Below are positions 24,218-33,710 of a DNA stretch of 64,000 bases, piece by piece. The translations under genes were made by a program, and so were the position numbers. A model generated the notes under the pieces. That model did no database searches, was not told where the DNA came from, and saw only the letters and a program-made list of their open reading frames with translations. The stretch is from a virus. Location: the IMG/VR virus record IMGVR_UViG_3300042914_003164, positions 1 through 64,000 of that record, one strand, 5' to 3'. Every line of letters begins with the position of its first letter. The first letter of the stretch is position 1.

Positions 24218-24946
24218 TCATTTTGTGCTGTGATTTTGTTGATTGTCCTTGGTGGACAAGGTGACAAAGCCCGGAATCCACAGCTGAGGCAGGTAGCACT
24301 CATGCTCAGAATCCCACAGCATTGACAGCTCGTGAGAGTTGTAACTGTCGAATCCCATCAAAACATTGATGAATTTTAGTTGATCTGTCTCTGGGACGGC
24401 GGAGGCAAATTCACCAAGTAGCTCAAGTACGTTCCCGTTCGACCGTATCTTGCCGTATTGATGCAGGCGCCCCCTCAGCTCTGTGGAGATTTGCCTGGCC
24501 TGCTTTTCTGTAATCCTTGGCGGCACAGAAACTTGTAGCCAGGCTGGAACCGAAAGCAATCCGTTGTAGCACTCCCAAAAATCACTAGGCCCCCAGATCA
24601 TGCGATCTATGGTCTGGATGTGCCTTGCTTGCATCAGGCGCTGCTCCAGCTCCCTGTCTTCAGGGTTATCCCAGTCCTTTGCATGAATCCGGCGATTCTG
24701 CTCCCAGAGTTGCCAGAAGACCTTTTGCCGAAGTTCACCAGCGGTGCCCTGTTCGATAACTGAAAGGTTGCCGTAGCTGATAGCTGAAGATTCGTTGCCG
24801 GTTGCTTTTGCCCAGTTGCAGTAGGTGTACTGAGTCCAACCATTAGCCAAGCGCCAGTTGCGCAGCATTCTTCCAAATGCTTTGCGGCAGCTTAGTAGGC
24901 CGCCCTGCGCCTCTTTGTAGGTTTTTGGTAATACCATAAAAGTCAT
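24218..24946 (-). CDS. XRE-like HTH protein
   Basis: 'FGRMLRNWRLANGWTQYT....ISYGNLSVIEQG'; start ATG 24946 (ATGA overlap). Confidence 0.55.
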   Translation of the reverse strand: MTFMVLPKTYKEAQGGLLSCRKAFGRMLRNWRLANGWTQYTYCNWAKATGNESSAISYGNLSVIEQGTAGELRQKVFWQLWEQNRRIHAKDWDNPEDRELEQRLMQARHIQTIDRMIWGPSDFWECYNGLLSVPAWLQVSVPPRITEKQARQISTELRGRLHQYGKIRSNGNVLELLGEFASAVPETDQLKFINVLMGFDSYNSHELSMLWDSEHECYLPQLWIPGFVTLSTKDNQQNHSTK

Positions 24947-25173
24947 TGACGAGCCAGGAAAAAGAACCCAGAGCAAGCTAAAACAAGAAAAATCAAGCCT
25001 GGTACACCTCCAAGCATGTAGACTGGATAAATAACGCAAACGGCTGCGAGCAAGATGAAGCCAATGCACGCTAAGATTGCTGCACACATTGCGACCAACT
25101 TAAATACCTTAAAAAGCATCAAGCCAAATGCCTTAAAAAGCATTAAGCCGTTTCCAGTGAATTTAACTCTCAT
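24943..25173 (-). CDS. small membrane protein
   Basis: Hydrophobic; short LMLFK duplication. Confidence 0.55.
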   Translation of the reverse strand: MRVKFTGNGLMLFKAFGLMLFKVFKLVAMCAAILACIGFILLAAVCVIYPVYMLGGVPGLIFLVLACSGFFFLARQ

Positions 25174-25280
25174 GGTAGCTGTTGGCGATTTGGCGTTTTG
25201 CCATGGCTATGATACTTTTGCTATGTCTTGCGGTCAACACTTCTACGGTGTTGAACCTTGGACTCGACCTGAGACCTCCC

Positions 25281-25460
25281 ATGGCAACGCAGTTCGATAC
25301 AAGCCGGCTCAAGGATCGGGTCTTCCGCCAGCGGCACAGCGGCCCGGAGCGGATGCTTCAGGTGATCGCCGCAGAGATCCTTGAGCGACACCACCGGGCC
25401 TCTGCCCGCGAGATCGCCCACCTCCTGCTCGATGCTGCTGGCTTGGAGATGGAGCCTTGA
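25281..25460 (+). CDS. hypothetical protein
   Basis: ATG 25281; TTGA coupling to next. Confidence 0.55.
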   Translation: MATQFDTSRLKDRVFRQRHSGPERMLQVIAAEILERHHRASAREIAHLLLDAAGLEMEP

Positions 25461-25633
25461 TCAAGCTGCCCGATCACATTGCCCGCTGCCCAGGGATCCC
25501 GCTGGACGAGGAAGGGACGGAATGGCACGACGACTGTGAAAACTGCCTGCGCAGACTGGCCGCACCCAGTAAGTTCAAAATGCAGCCGCCCAGGATTATT
25601 GCTTTTTTCTGCGAATTTGTAATTGAGGTTTAG
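25457..25633 (+). CDS. small Cys-rich protein (58 aa, not in ORF track)
   Basis: GGAG-TTG; LPDHIARCPG...CENCLRR...PPRIIAFFCE. Confidence 0.6.
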   Translation: MIKLPDHIARCPGIPLDEEGTEWHDDCENCLRRLAAPSKFKMQPPRIIAFFCEFVIEV

Positions 25634-25650
25634 GGGCTGCACAGCTTTTG

Positions 25651-25968
25651 TCAATCACGCTGCCGCCAGTCCTCAGGCTTGTCTCGCCTGAAAAAGTCTG
25701 CAATATCTTCCGGCGAATTGAAACCCCTGACTCCCTCGGGCTTTTCTGGATCTCCAATGTCAAGCCTGTTCAGGAAATCATCCACACCACCTTCTTTCAT
25801 TTCGGAGTTTTGCTGTCTGCGGATCGCCTGCCGCAACATCCCGGCTGCAGTGGTATTCGCCTCGGCAAGCTTTGTCGCCCAGATACGCTCCTGAAGTGTA
25901 ACGGGCATGTTGCTTGCGATCTGCTCGCAGATAGCGTGCATCCTTAGCCGGTAGGAAGTCGAGAGCAT
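25651..25968 (-). CDS. conserved cyanophage hypothetical protein
   Basis: 'MLST.YRLR...IC..IA....V.L...IWA.KLA.ANTTA..ML..A.R...DDFLN.L..GDP'. Confidence 0.7.
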   Translation of the reverse strand: MLSTSYRLRMHAICEQIASNMPVTLQERIWATKLAEANTTAAGMLRQAIRRQQNSEMKEGGVDDFLNRLDIGDPEKPEGVRGFNSPEDIADFFRRDKPEDWRQRD

Positions 25969-26011
25969 CTGAGTGTCCCTTTGGATAGATGATAGGCGCT
26001 CGGTCAAGAGG

Positions 26012-26584
26012 TCAGCCTAGCTTGATCCTGCCAAAAGCTGCCTCTTTACTTTTTCTTTTGCATTCTTCAATGGCCTGTGTAAAAGCCTCGCAGTGCCTTG
26101 GATTTTTAAGGTTGACAACCAGTATTCCATGTGCTTCAGCAATCCGTATTGCTTGGCCAGTGCCGCCACTTGCTTTTCCGTCTGGCGTCCAGCAAATTAT
26201 CAAATCCGCTGGAGTTTCAAGATCGGGTCCCAGTACCTGAAAAGCGTTACGAGCCATCAGCCGCCTACCAAAAGAGGAAAGCGCTGCTGGATTTGGATGG
26301 TATTCATCAACTGTTGCAAGTGCTGCCTTGAATGCTGGTAATGTGCTTGCATCAATGCAGCCACCCTGACCCGCAGCATTGTCACTGAACAGTCCACTAG
26401 GTAGATAAATACATTTATTTTTGCTTGATTTGACTCCGCGCTGAAAAGCTGCATCCATGCCTGGGGCGCCGCCACTGCGAAGCCTCCAACCACCATTTTC
26501 CATTGCGCTGGCGATCAAGCGTGCAAGCTTTAAGGCATCAGGTGGAGCCTTTCTTGAGCCGATGCCAGCGTATATTTTGCTCAT
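26012..26584 (-). CDS. SLOG superfamily (DprA/Smf-like) protein
   Basis: YAGIGSR, LRSGGAPGMD, ICWT, GGTGQA motifs. Confidence 0.75.
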   Translation of the reverse strand: MSKIYAGIGSRKAPPDALKLARLIASAMENGGWRLRSGGAPGMDAAFQRGVKSSKNKCIYLPSGLFSDNAAGQGGCIDASTLPAFKAALATVDEYHPNPAALSSFGRRLMARNAFQVLGPDLETPADLIICWTPDGKASGGTGQAIRIAEAHGILVVNLKNPRHCEAFTQAIEECKRKSKEAAFGRIKLG

Positions 26585-26591
26585 TGCGCAC

Positions 26592-27152
26592 TTAGTTTTC
26601 TGGAGTCGCCAAGCAGCTGTCATGCGACCTGTCCCGTGCTTCTTGCCTCAACTCTTGAAATCTTTGGTTGCCGATTTCCTTGGTGACTAGCTCCATGAAA
26701 ATTCCAAGCTCTTGTTTCCTAGGAGAAATTGCACTGTTAATAGCTCCGTCAATCACCTTGGCGGACTCGCTCTCTGGCGTGTCATTTTCAATAAGTTTTT
26801 GCCGAAGCTCCTCCAGTAGTTCAGGCGTTTTTGAGATAAATCGAAGCCCCTTCTCTTCTTGCAGGCCGTACATGAAGGCTTTTACAGCCTTGTATTTATA
26901 GGTTACACGCTTTAGCCAAAGCTTGTCCACCCGCTCACCATTCTTAATCTTTTCGTGAGCCTCCGCTTTTACAAGACTGACTGAAACTATTGTATTCCGG
27001 CTTTCGGAAATCAAGAAGTCAATATCTTTGTCAGATAGCTCACTAACATCTGCAAGATCGTAGAGCTTTTGACGCAGATTGCTGAAAAACCTGATTTCAC
27101 GTCCGACTGCTTTGTAAGCTGGGTCTGGCACAGTTTTTGAAGCTTGTTCCAT
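26592..27152 (-). CDS. hypothetical protein
   Basis: 186-aa ORF in - block. Confidence 0.65.
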   Translation of the reverse strand: MEQASKTVPDPAYKAVGREIRFFSNLRQKLYDLADVSELSDKDIDFLISESRNTIVSVSLVKAEAHEKIKNGERVDKLWLKRVTYKYKAVKAFMYGLQEEKGLRFISKTPELLEELRQKLIENDTPESESAKVIDGAINSAISPRKQELGIFMELVTKEIGNQRFQELRQEARDRSHDSCLATPEN

Positions 27153-27175
27153 GGATTTAGCTTTTTGTATTTGTG

Positions 27176-27490
27176 TTATCTCAGTCGCTGACTAAGCGCG
27201 AGATTTTTGAGAGAGAGGTCTTGCCATTTGCCATTGATGTGCTTGACCTCGTATTCGCCGGGGTCTTTGCCATGACCCATGAGCCACGCAATTCGACTGG
27301 CGGCATAAAGCTTACCATCAATTTTGAGCACCTTGCACTTCCTGCCAATGCTCGTGGCTTTTCGACCGGGCGGTAGGCTGTCCCACCGGCCATGCGGCAC
27401 CTTCCAGGTAATCTCTCCACTAACGGGATCGTAGTGATAGCTTTCTAGCAGGTAGTCGTAGCTCGGAAGGTCAAGGTATCTCATTAACAA
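27176..27490 (-). CDS. HNH homing-endonuclease-like protein (degenerate)
   Basis: YDPVSGEITW...IDGKLY.ASRIAW...VKHING...NL; several HNH residues altered. Confidence 0.65.
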   Translation of the reverse strand: MLMRYLDLPSYDYLLESYHYDPVSGEITWKVPHGRWDSLPPGRKATSIGRKCKVLKIDGKLYAASRIAWLMGHGKDPGEYEVKHINGKWQDLSLKNLALSQRLR

Positions 27491-27502
27491 GCTAGCCGCT
27501 AG

Positions 27503-27709
27503 TCAAAGCTTAGGCTCCCATCGAGGCGGATCCGTACCGGGGACTATCGCAAATTTTTTCTTTGCGGCAAACGGCATAAGACGTGCCTTGGTCTCTTCAA
27601 GCTCTTCTCTTGTGCCTGTTGCCATTGGTTCCCATGTTGGCCGGGGAGAGGGGAGGGTGCAGCTAAGCCAAAGACTGTACTCGTCTGAGCGATCAAGAGT
27701 TGCTGGCAT
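27503..27709 (-). CDS. hypothetical protein
   Basis: ORF in - block. Confidence 0.5.
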   Translation of the reverse strand: MPATLDRSDEYSLWLSCTLPSPRPTWEPMATGTREELEETKARLMPFAAKKKFAIVPGTDPPRWEPKL

Positions 27710-27711
27710 TT

Positions 27712-27924
27712 TCAGGCTCCGATAAGCTTGATTTTCGTTTCCGTTGGTTTGTGATACCAAAAGCCACCGGCCTTGCGATGGTCATCAAGAACATGAAACT
27801 TGATACCACCGGACAGTATGGCATAGTTGCCGATTCGGCTTTTTACCGTTTCCATTACTTCAGGCTCACCCTCAGCCTGTGTCATTACAAAATCTTCTGG
27901 TTGAAAGATGGGTCGTTTTTCCAT
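27712..27924 (-). CDS. hypothetical protein
   Basis: ORF in - block. Confidence 0.55.
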   Translation of the reverse strand: MEKRPIFQPEDFVMTQAEGEPEVMETVKSRIGNYAILSGGIKFHVLDDHRKAGGFWYHKPTETKIKLIGA

Positions 27925-27927
27925 GGT

Positions 27928-28200
27928 TTAACCTTCTTGAATTTGCTCACGCTCAAAGCCGACTGCCCATGGATTTCCATGTCCGACGACTTCGCAAAGA
28001 ATACCAAAAACAAGAAGCCCTGTCTCCTTTTTTAGCGGATAGCCGTATGAGCAGAGGTTTGCAAATGCCGACGTACCCAACCTTATCTTCGTGATTCTCA
28101 TCTGCATTTTTTGGCAGAACTCAATCTCCTCAAGAAGGAAATTTTTGACATCAAACTCACCCATACAGTAATTGCCGCTTTGGTGGAGCGTACCAACCAT
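27928..28200 (-). CDS. hypothetical protein
   Basis: First gene of - block; TTGACA-N18-TATGGT lies at its 5' end, so the true start may be downstream. Confidence 0.5.
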   Translation of the reverse strand: MVGTLHQSGNYCMGEFDVKNFLLEEIEFCQKMQMRITKIRLGTSAFANLCSYGYPLKKETGLLVFGILCEVVGHGNPWAVGFEREQIQEG

Positions 28201-28595
28201 AGCGGCGTCCCTCAGGTTTTGTCAATAGATTTGAGTTTGATGATGTCGTGCTCTCTGGTAAACCGGAGCCTGTTCTTCTGGTCGAGTCTTTGCTAAGGTT
28301 GAGTCACCTGCTCAACCCGTACCGCGAATTGCCTGATGAAAGACAGCCCGCCCGCCTCAAGAGACAGGGCCGAAGTCATGTTTCTGTCTAGGTTTGCCTC
28401 CGGTGACAGCTGCCATGTCGAGCGAATTTGTAGCCGCGTGAACTTTGTTCTCAGCAAGCAGGGCGGCTCGGCTGAAGTCTTTTCAGCTCTTTGGAGTTTT
28501 GATCACTGGAATCCATTTTACTGGATTCCCCGTCCACCTGTTATTCCGTGCTCCCTTTTGCAACTTGTAGAGCGTCGTATGAAAGGTGTTATGCC

Positions 28596-31001
28596 ATGGC
28601 AGTGAAACCATACCGTTGCACAGTCATCTCCTGGGATGTTAATCACAACTGCTTGGGGCGAGCACATCTAATTGCCCAGACAGCTCAAAAGCTCTACTCA
28701 CATGTCGATCTTATTGGCTTTGGCTTTACTCATATTTCGGATACGGTGTGGCAGCCGCTCGGAGAGGCTTCTGTTACGTCACTGCCTGAGCCAAAAAACA
28801 CAGAAGATTTAATTCGCATTTGTAGTCGAGTATCAAGCAAAATACAGACCGACCTAGTTATCGCTTGCAAGGCTAGACTACCTTCTTTGCTGCTTGGCTA
28901 TTGCATCAAGCGCAAGACGGGCTCTCGCCTAATTGTTGACATTGATGACTACGAACCATCTTTTGTTGCAGGCGCTCCAGAGTCGAAACTTTTTAAGCGC
29001 ATGACAGCGCTTGAGCTACTGCAAGAGCTGCCGAAGCATATAGAAGAACCTCCGTACTCACCTTTTTGGACCGTGGTTGCACAGGAAGTGATTTCCTGCG
29101 CCGATGGAATTACTACTTGCGATACCCCATTGCAATCAATGTATGGAGGCGAGGTAATACCGCATTTGCGCGATCCAAATCTTTTTGCGGAACCCCCAAA
29201 GCCCCTGCCTAGTGAACTTGAGGAGGCTCGCAAGAAAAACGGTTCAATTGTAATGTTTCTTGGGACGCCGAATCGACACAAGGGAGTCGTTGAGATCGCA
29301 AAAGCCTGCCAACAAATTGAGGGAGTTGCCCCAGTTTATATTGGAACTATTGCCGACAGGGGAGTTGAGAATGATATTACAAGATCATGCCAAAAAGCTG
29401 TTTTAATAGAGAGCCTGTCTTTTGACCTAGTGCCGTCTTGCGTAAGGCAAGCTGATCTAGTGGTTTTGCTTCAAAACGTTAAATCTGTAGCAAGTGCCTA
29501 CCAGTTGCCAGCGAAAGCCTCTGATGCGTTGGCCGCTGGCGTTCAAATTGTAGCCTCGCGCACAGAACCTATGGCAATGCTTGTTGACATGGGTTTCAAG
29601 GGGATTACTCTGATTGAGTCCGCCGATGACTTAACCCCTGCAATCAAGGCGACAATTGGCAGCCCCTTAAGCAAGGCCGACAAAGAGTACAACCTTAAAC
29701 TTTTCGCTAAAACGCTTTCATTTGATGCTGGCGCGGAAACCATGAAAAAACTGTTGTTACCACCAGTTAAGCACAGCGTTAGTGGGATTCTGGATGCCCT
29801 GCTAAATTTCAAAAAAAATTCAAGAAAAAAGATTGTTGTCGTTTTCTGGAAACAAAACGACTTCGGCGTTTTTGGTCGAAGAGTCGATATGGTAGTAAAG
29901 TATCTAGCATCCAGAAGCGACATATCTCGTGTGATCGTCATCGAGAAACCTGTTTCAACTCTTGATCTTAAGCGCTACAAAAACAGTTCAAATTCTCATT
30001 TTAGGCTAATCTATAAATTTATCCAAAAAAAACGAGCCGGTCTATTAGATACTGACAAGATTTCGGTCTGGACCCCATTGATGCCACCTGGGCTGGACTT
30101 GGCTCAGCAAAAAGATTTTATACTAAAATACTGTAAGGATGCTTTGCAAGAGGCTCTTGTGGATTTGCCTGGCTCCTTCGTTGGTGCCTGGGTTTACCCT
30201 CATTTTCGTAATGCCGTCGAAATACTGGATAGTCTGCCTTTTGATCATGTCGTGGCTGACATCGTAGACGACCATAGAGCCTGGCCCGGCACAAGTGAAG
30301 AAAAGAAGAGGGAACTTACAGAGCAGTATGCGCAAGTCCTTGGAAAAAGTGATTGCAGTGTTTACAACTGCAAGCCTGCAATGAATTCCATTGGCAAGCT
30401 GTCAAGCAAGCCGACTCACCTTGTTCCGAATGGAGTTGATGTTGACCTTATCTATAAGGGTGGCCCTAAGGTAGAGGAGTTGAGGGAGTCCTTGGTTTCA
30501 CCGGGGAACTGGCGCTACATAATTGGTTATACCGGAAATCTCGAAAGTAAAATCAACTGGCCACTTGTCGAACACGTAGCCGACAAAAACAAAGATGCCT
30601 TGGTGCTAATGATTGGCAGCACTCACATGGCGGAAAATCTGCCACAAAGGCCAAACATTAAATACATTGGCCCCGTTTCCTACATGCACCTGAAGCTGTA
30701 TTTGCAGGTTTTCGATGTTGCCATTATACCACACATAACAAATGATCTAACAGAAAACATGAATCCTCTTAAGAGCTATGTTTATGCGACACTTGGTATT
30801 CCAATAGTGGCAACAAATTGTCCGAATATGCCGCAATTGCCGCAGATTCGCATGGTTGGCCAACATGCTAGATTCGCAAAGCATGTTAGATCGGCTATAG
30901 TAAAAGATCAAAATCTTTCCGCAGAGGAGATACATGCAATAATGAAGGCCCACTCCTGGGAAAGTAGACTCAAGGATCTTGCTGATTCATTCTACAAATA
31001 A
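28596..31001 (+). CDS. double-domain GT-B (GT4-like) glycosyltransferase
   Basis: Domain 1: VDIDD, MFLGTP..HKG, P.K..DALA.G; domain 2: PNGVD, GYTGNL, FDVAIIP, NPLK.Y.Y...G.PIV. Confidence 0.8.
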   Translation: MAVKPYRCTVISWDVNHNCLGRAHLIAQTAQKLYSHVDLIGFGFTHISDTVWQPLGEASVTSLPEPKNTEDLIRICSRVSSKIQTDLVIACKARLPSLLLGYCIKRKTGSRLIVDIDDYEPSFVAGAPESKLFKRMTALELLQELPKHIEEPPYSPFWTVVAQEVISCADGITTCDTPLQSMYGGEVIPHLRDPNLFAEPPKPLPSELEEARKKNGSIVMFLGTPNRHKGVVEIAKACQQIEGVAPVYIGTIADRGVENDITRSCQKAVLIESLSFDLVPSCVRQADLVVLLQNVKSVASAYQLPAKASDALAAGVQIVASRTEPMAMLVDMGFKGITLIESADDLTPAIKATIGSPLSKADKEYNLKLFAKTLSFDAGAETMKKLLLPPVKHSVSGILDALLNFKKNSRKKIVVVFWKQNDFGVFGRRVDMVVKYLASRSDISRVIVIEKPVSTLDLKRYKNSSNSHFRLIYKFIQKKRAGLLDTDKISVWTPLMPPGLDLAQQKDFILKYCKDALQEALVDLPGSFVGAWVYPHFRNAVEILDSLPFDHVVADIVDDHRAWPGTSEEKKRELTEQYAQVLGKSDCSVYNCKPAMNSIGKLSSKPTHLVPNGVDVDLIYKGGPKVEELRESLVSPGNWRYIIGYTGNLESKINWPLVEHVADKNKDALVLMIGSTHMAENLPQRPNIKYIGPVSYMHLKLYLQVFDVAIIPHITNDLTENMNPLKSYVYATLGIPIVATNCPNMPQLPQIRMVGQHARFAKHVRSAIVKDQNLSAEEIHAIMKAHSWESRLKDLADSFYK

Positions 31002-31093
31002 TCTTGCTCAGTCTTGTTAGAATGCGAGCCATTAGAGGCTTTTGCTGTCCAAGTCCAGCGCTAAGCGTACTTATTCTTTTTCTCTTGTTAACG

Positions 31094-31285
31094 ATGACTG
31101 TTTGGATTAACAATCGCAAGCCAGACAAGGTTGATGGCGATATTCATGGCATGGTTTTATGGGGCAAACAAGATGGACTTTTGATGGATTGGCGAGGTGT
31201 AAGGGCTGGCGAATACTGGGCTCATTCTTCGGCCTGGCAGCAGTCAGCTAGATTGCTAGATGCAAGCCAGGGGAATCATGCCTGA
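31094..31285 (+). CDS. hypothetical protein (distant WI..R.P...DGD family member)
   Basis: WINNRKPDKVDGDIHG.V. Confidence 0.55.
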   Translation: MTVWINNRKPDKVDGDIHGMVLWGKQDGLLMDWRGVRAGEYWAHSSAWQQSARLLDASQGNHA

Positions 31286-31634
31286 AAGGCCAGATTATGT
31301 TCAGTGCATAGAGAACCGCTCTACAGGAAACTCTTGGTGCGAGGATTCATCCTACGTGGGTCCGCGCTTCGCAGATGCTTCCGAAGCGCTTGAGGCGCTG
31401 GAGCCGGAGAGCCCGCTGCTGCCCTGCAGCCGCTGCCTGGGCGCCATCTTTGGCCGCCTGGTTCAGATCACCCCGCAGGCCCCGGTGGACCTCACTGAGG
31501 AGCTTGTGAGCAGCCTGCGGGGTGATGCCCCGGTCTACCGGGATGCCGGTGTCAGGCGGGAGATGTGGCTGATCAAGGAGGCGTTTGCTCGGGGCAAGGC
31601 CCGTGGCATCTGGGAGGCCCAAAGCAATGCCTAA
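31278..31634 (+). CDS. hypothetical protein
   Basis: Coupled; CxxC. Confidence 0.55.
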   Translation: MPERPDYVQCIENRSTGNSWCEDSSYVGPRFADASEALEALEPESPLLPCSRCLGAIFGRLVQITPQAPVDLTEELVSSLRGDAPVYRDAGVRREMWLIKEAFARGKARGIWEAQSNA

Positions 31635-31821
31635 TCGACGACCCATGCTTGAAGAAATCGCAATTGAATCTTTCTGTCCGAATCCCTGCGAACAAGCTTG
31701 CGAAGCCTGTCTTGATAAAAGTCGGGCGATTCTAAAAAGGATCGGCACTGAGGCCAGGCTAAACAATTTTGTTTTTACTGGTCAATGGCTTGACCGTATT
31801 GCAAATCCACCAAAGTCCTAG
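31627..31821 (+). CDS. small Cys-containing protein
   Basis: GGAGG plus ATG 31627. Confidence 0.5.
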   Translation: MPNRRPMLEEIAIESFCPNPCEQACEACLDKSRAILKRIGTEARLNNFVFTGQWLDRIANPPKS

Positions 31822-31823
31822 AC

Positions 31824-32279
31824 ATGCTTCTTTCTGCTTCGGATGGCCCGGTGCCCCCGGTGTCGCTTTTTGATGCTGATGGTGTCGAGATCAGGCACTG
31901 TATGGAAATTGACACTGAAACCGGGATTGGCATTCAATCCCCGCATTTTACGGATGAACCCCCGATCGCAGTCCCTGTCTCAATTGATTTTGCAGATGGG
32001 AATATCAATCGCGTCTTGTGTCGGTGGAAAGCGCCGATTGAGGTTCGGTCTCCATCTGGTGTCAAGATTGGCTCCCCTCTTGAGCTGTTGGCGTTTGGGA
32101 GGTTTCACAACCTGAAACTTAGAATTGACGGGAAAGGTCGCGCCATGTCGGAAAAACACAAAAAAGCTTTTGAGAAGCTGCAGAGAAGGCTTGACTATGT
32201 TAATGACAGTGTGAAGATTGCACTTTATGAGTTGCAGAACTTCACTGTCTTACCTCCAGACGATTACGAGACTCTGTGA
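31824..32279 (+). CDS. hypothetical protein
   Basis: Operon packing. Confidence 0.6.
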   Translation: MLLSASDGPVPPVSLFDADGVEIRHCMEIDTETGIGIQSPHFTDEPPIAVPVSIDFADGNINRVLCRWKAPIEVRSPSGVKIGSPLELLAFGRFHNLKLRIDGKGRAMSEKHKKAFEKLQRRLDYVNDSVKIALYELQNFTVLPPDDYETL

Positions 32280-32350
32280 GACTGTAAAAGGGTTGCAAAG
32301 GGTCCGTGGATCTGTTATCTTGGCCTTGCCTAAACATTTAACATCGCGCC

Positions 32351-32692
32351 ATGATTGACACAGGCGGCCCTCGGCCAAACACGGATGAACTTCTCAAGGG
32401 TCTGAGAAAGCAAAAAAGTACCAAAGTTGCTATTACGGCAGCTGCTGGCTGGTCCTCCATTATCGCCTTGCTTGCGCTATTTGGTGGCGTGGTTCTGCAA
32501 AACAGAACTCTAGCCCTTTCTTCTTTGTGCTGGCTGTCTAGTGGCGCTCTTGCGGTAGCGGCATCAAAAGAGACGGAGGAACGAAACGAGATCGAAAGGA
32601 GAATCGAATTTTTGCTGAGAGCATCTGCGCTCAAGAAAGAGGTTGACGCTGTTGCTGGCATGTCTAGTGCTGGCAGGATCGGCCTTAACTGA
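32351..32692 (+). CDS. two-TM membrane protein
   Basis: Two hydrophobic helices then charged tail. Confidence 0.6.
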   Translation: MIDTGGPRPNTDELLKGLRKQKSTKVAITAAAGWSSIIALLALFGGVVLQNRTLALSSLCWLSSGALAVAASKETEERNEIERRIEFLLRASALKKEVDAVAGMSSAGRIGLN

Positions 32693-32700
32693 AGATCGCA

Positions 32701-32967
32701 ATGGAGCCCTTATCTCTTTCGACTTCTCAAAGGTTTGAAATCGAAAGGATGGGTAGAGCGATTGATCAGGTTTCAGACATTGCAGAGCTTCGGGGTCTGT
32801 GCAAGCAGCTCCTGCAAGCCTGGATGTCTCAAAAAGCTGCAACAGCCTGGGTTATGCGACAACAGCCATCAGCACCGCCAACGATTAGAATCAGGGATGA
32901 CCAACCATGGCAGACTACTGGATCACGGTCCAGATTGACCCTCAGCGAACTCGTGACATTCGTGTAG
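32701..32967 (+). CDS. nblA: NblA-like phycobilisome degradation protein
   Basis: LSLSTSQRFEIER...ELRGLCKQLLQAWMSQK resembles the NblA 'LSLEQQF...helix-loop-helix...Q' pattern. Confidence 0.6.
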   Translation: MEPLSLSTSQRFEIERMGRAIDQVSDIAELRGLCKQLLQAWMSQKAATAWVMRQQPSAPPTIRIRDDQPWQTTGSRSRLTLSELVTFV

Positions 32968-33068
32968 ATGCGAATAGTTACATGGAGTTCGTAAGGGGAA
33001 CAAGGGAAAAACGCTACAAAGTGATAGCCGTCAGACCCTGCAACAAAGACCACTCACCCACCAACTAA
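32907..33068 (+). CDS. small hypothetical protein (53 aa, not in ORF track)
   Basis: MADYWITVQIDPQRTRDIRVDA...; fills gap to 33075. Confidence 0.45.
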   Translation: MADYWITVQIDPQRTRDIRVDANSYMEFVRGTREKRYKVIAVRPCNKDHSPTN

Positions 33069-33074
33069 AAATCA

Positions 33075-33614
33075 ATGCAAGCCTTTAGAGTTGATCCCAT
33101 CGAGCAACAGCCCTTTATTGTTATCGCAGAAGAGGGTCAAGACTTTTCTGATCTCGTCAGGAATCCCTTGTGCTTTTCTCCAGCCAACTTCAGAATCAAA
33201 GAAGTTTCCGTAGGGCAGCTAAACAGGGAGGGCGACCACCTAAAGATTCTCCTTGCTGGCGAAAACGCCAACCTCAAGGAAATTACAAAAAGTCACGCCC
33301 TTGACATTGTGGCCTCAAGTAACCAAGACGACGGCGACTACCTTGAGGGTTGCGTAGCTGGCCTTGTTGAAGCGATGCAAGAGCTTGGAATGGCCGCACC
33401 TGTATCCATTCAACTTGAGGACCAGGGGGAGGCATTAAAGATGCTTTCTGTTTTTGCCGAAAAGCTCAAAGCTGAAAGCTTTCACACCATTAAGGAGATG
33501 ATTGAGCGAGGCAGGCTTGATCACATAACTGTCAGCGGAGTTGATTTCTACTGGGAGTTCGATGGGCCGATTCCGATCACATCCGCTTTGCGTAAGCTTC
33601 TTTTTGCCGCCTAA
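33075..33614 (+). CDS. hypothetical protein
   Basis: 179-aa ORF. Confidence 0.65.
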   Translation: MQAFRVDPIEQQPFIVIAEEGQDFSDLVRNPLCFSPANFRIKEVSVGQLNREGDHLKILLAGENANLKEITKSHALDIVASSNQDDGDYLEGCVAGLVEAMQELGMAAPVSIQLEDQGEALKMLSVFAEKLKAESFHTIKEMIERGRLDHITVSGVDFYWEFDGPIPITSALRKLLFAA

Positions 33615-33710
33615 CAAGCCTCCTATATTAAGGTAGCTTTCTCGGAGTCCTTAGCCCTAGCGATGCTGGGGCTTTGTATTTTATTGCTATCTTTGATCCC
33701 GAGGGTTTAC

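Noticed and set aside
27176-27490. Active mobile homing endonuclease or intron
   Set aside because: HNH motif looks degenerate and no split gene flanks it.
32351-32692. Holin
   Set aside because: Two TM helices alone are not enough and no endolysin is adjacent.
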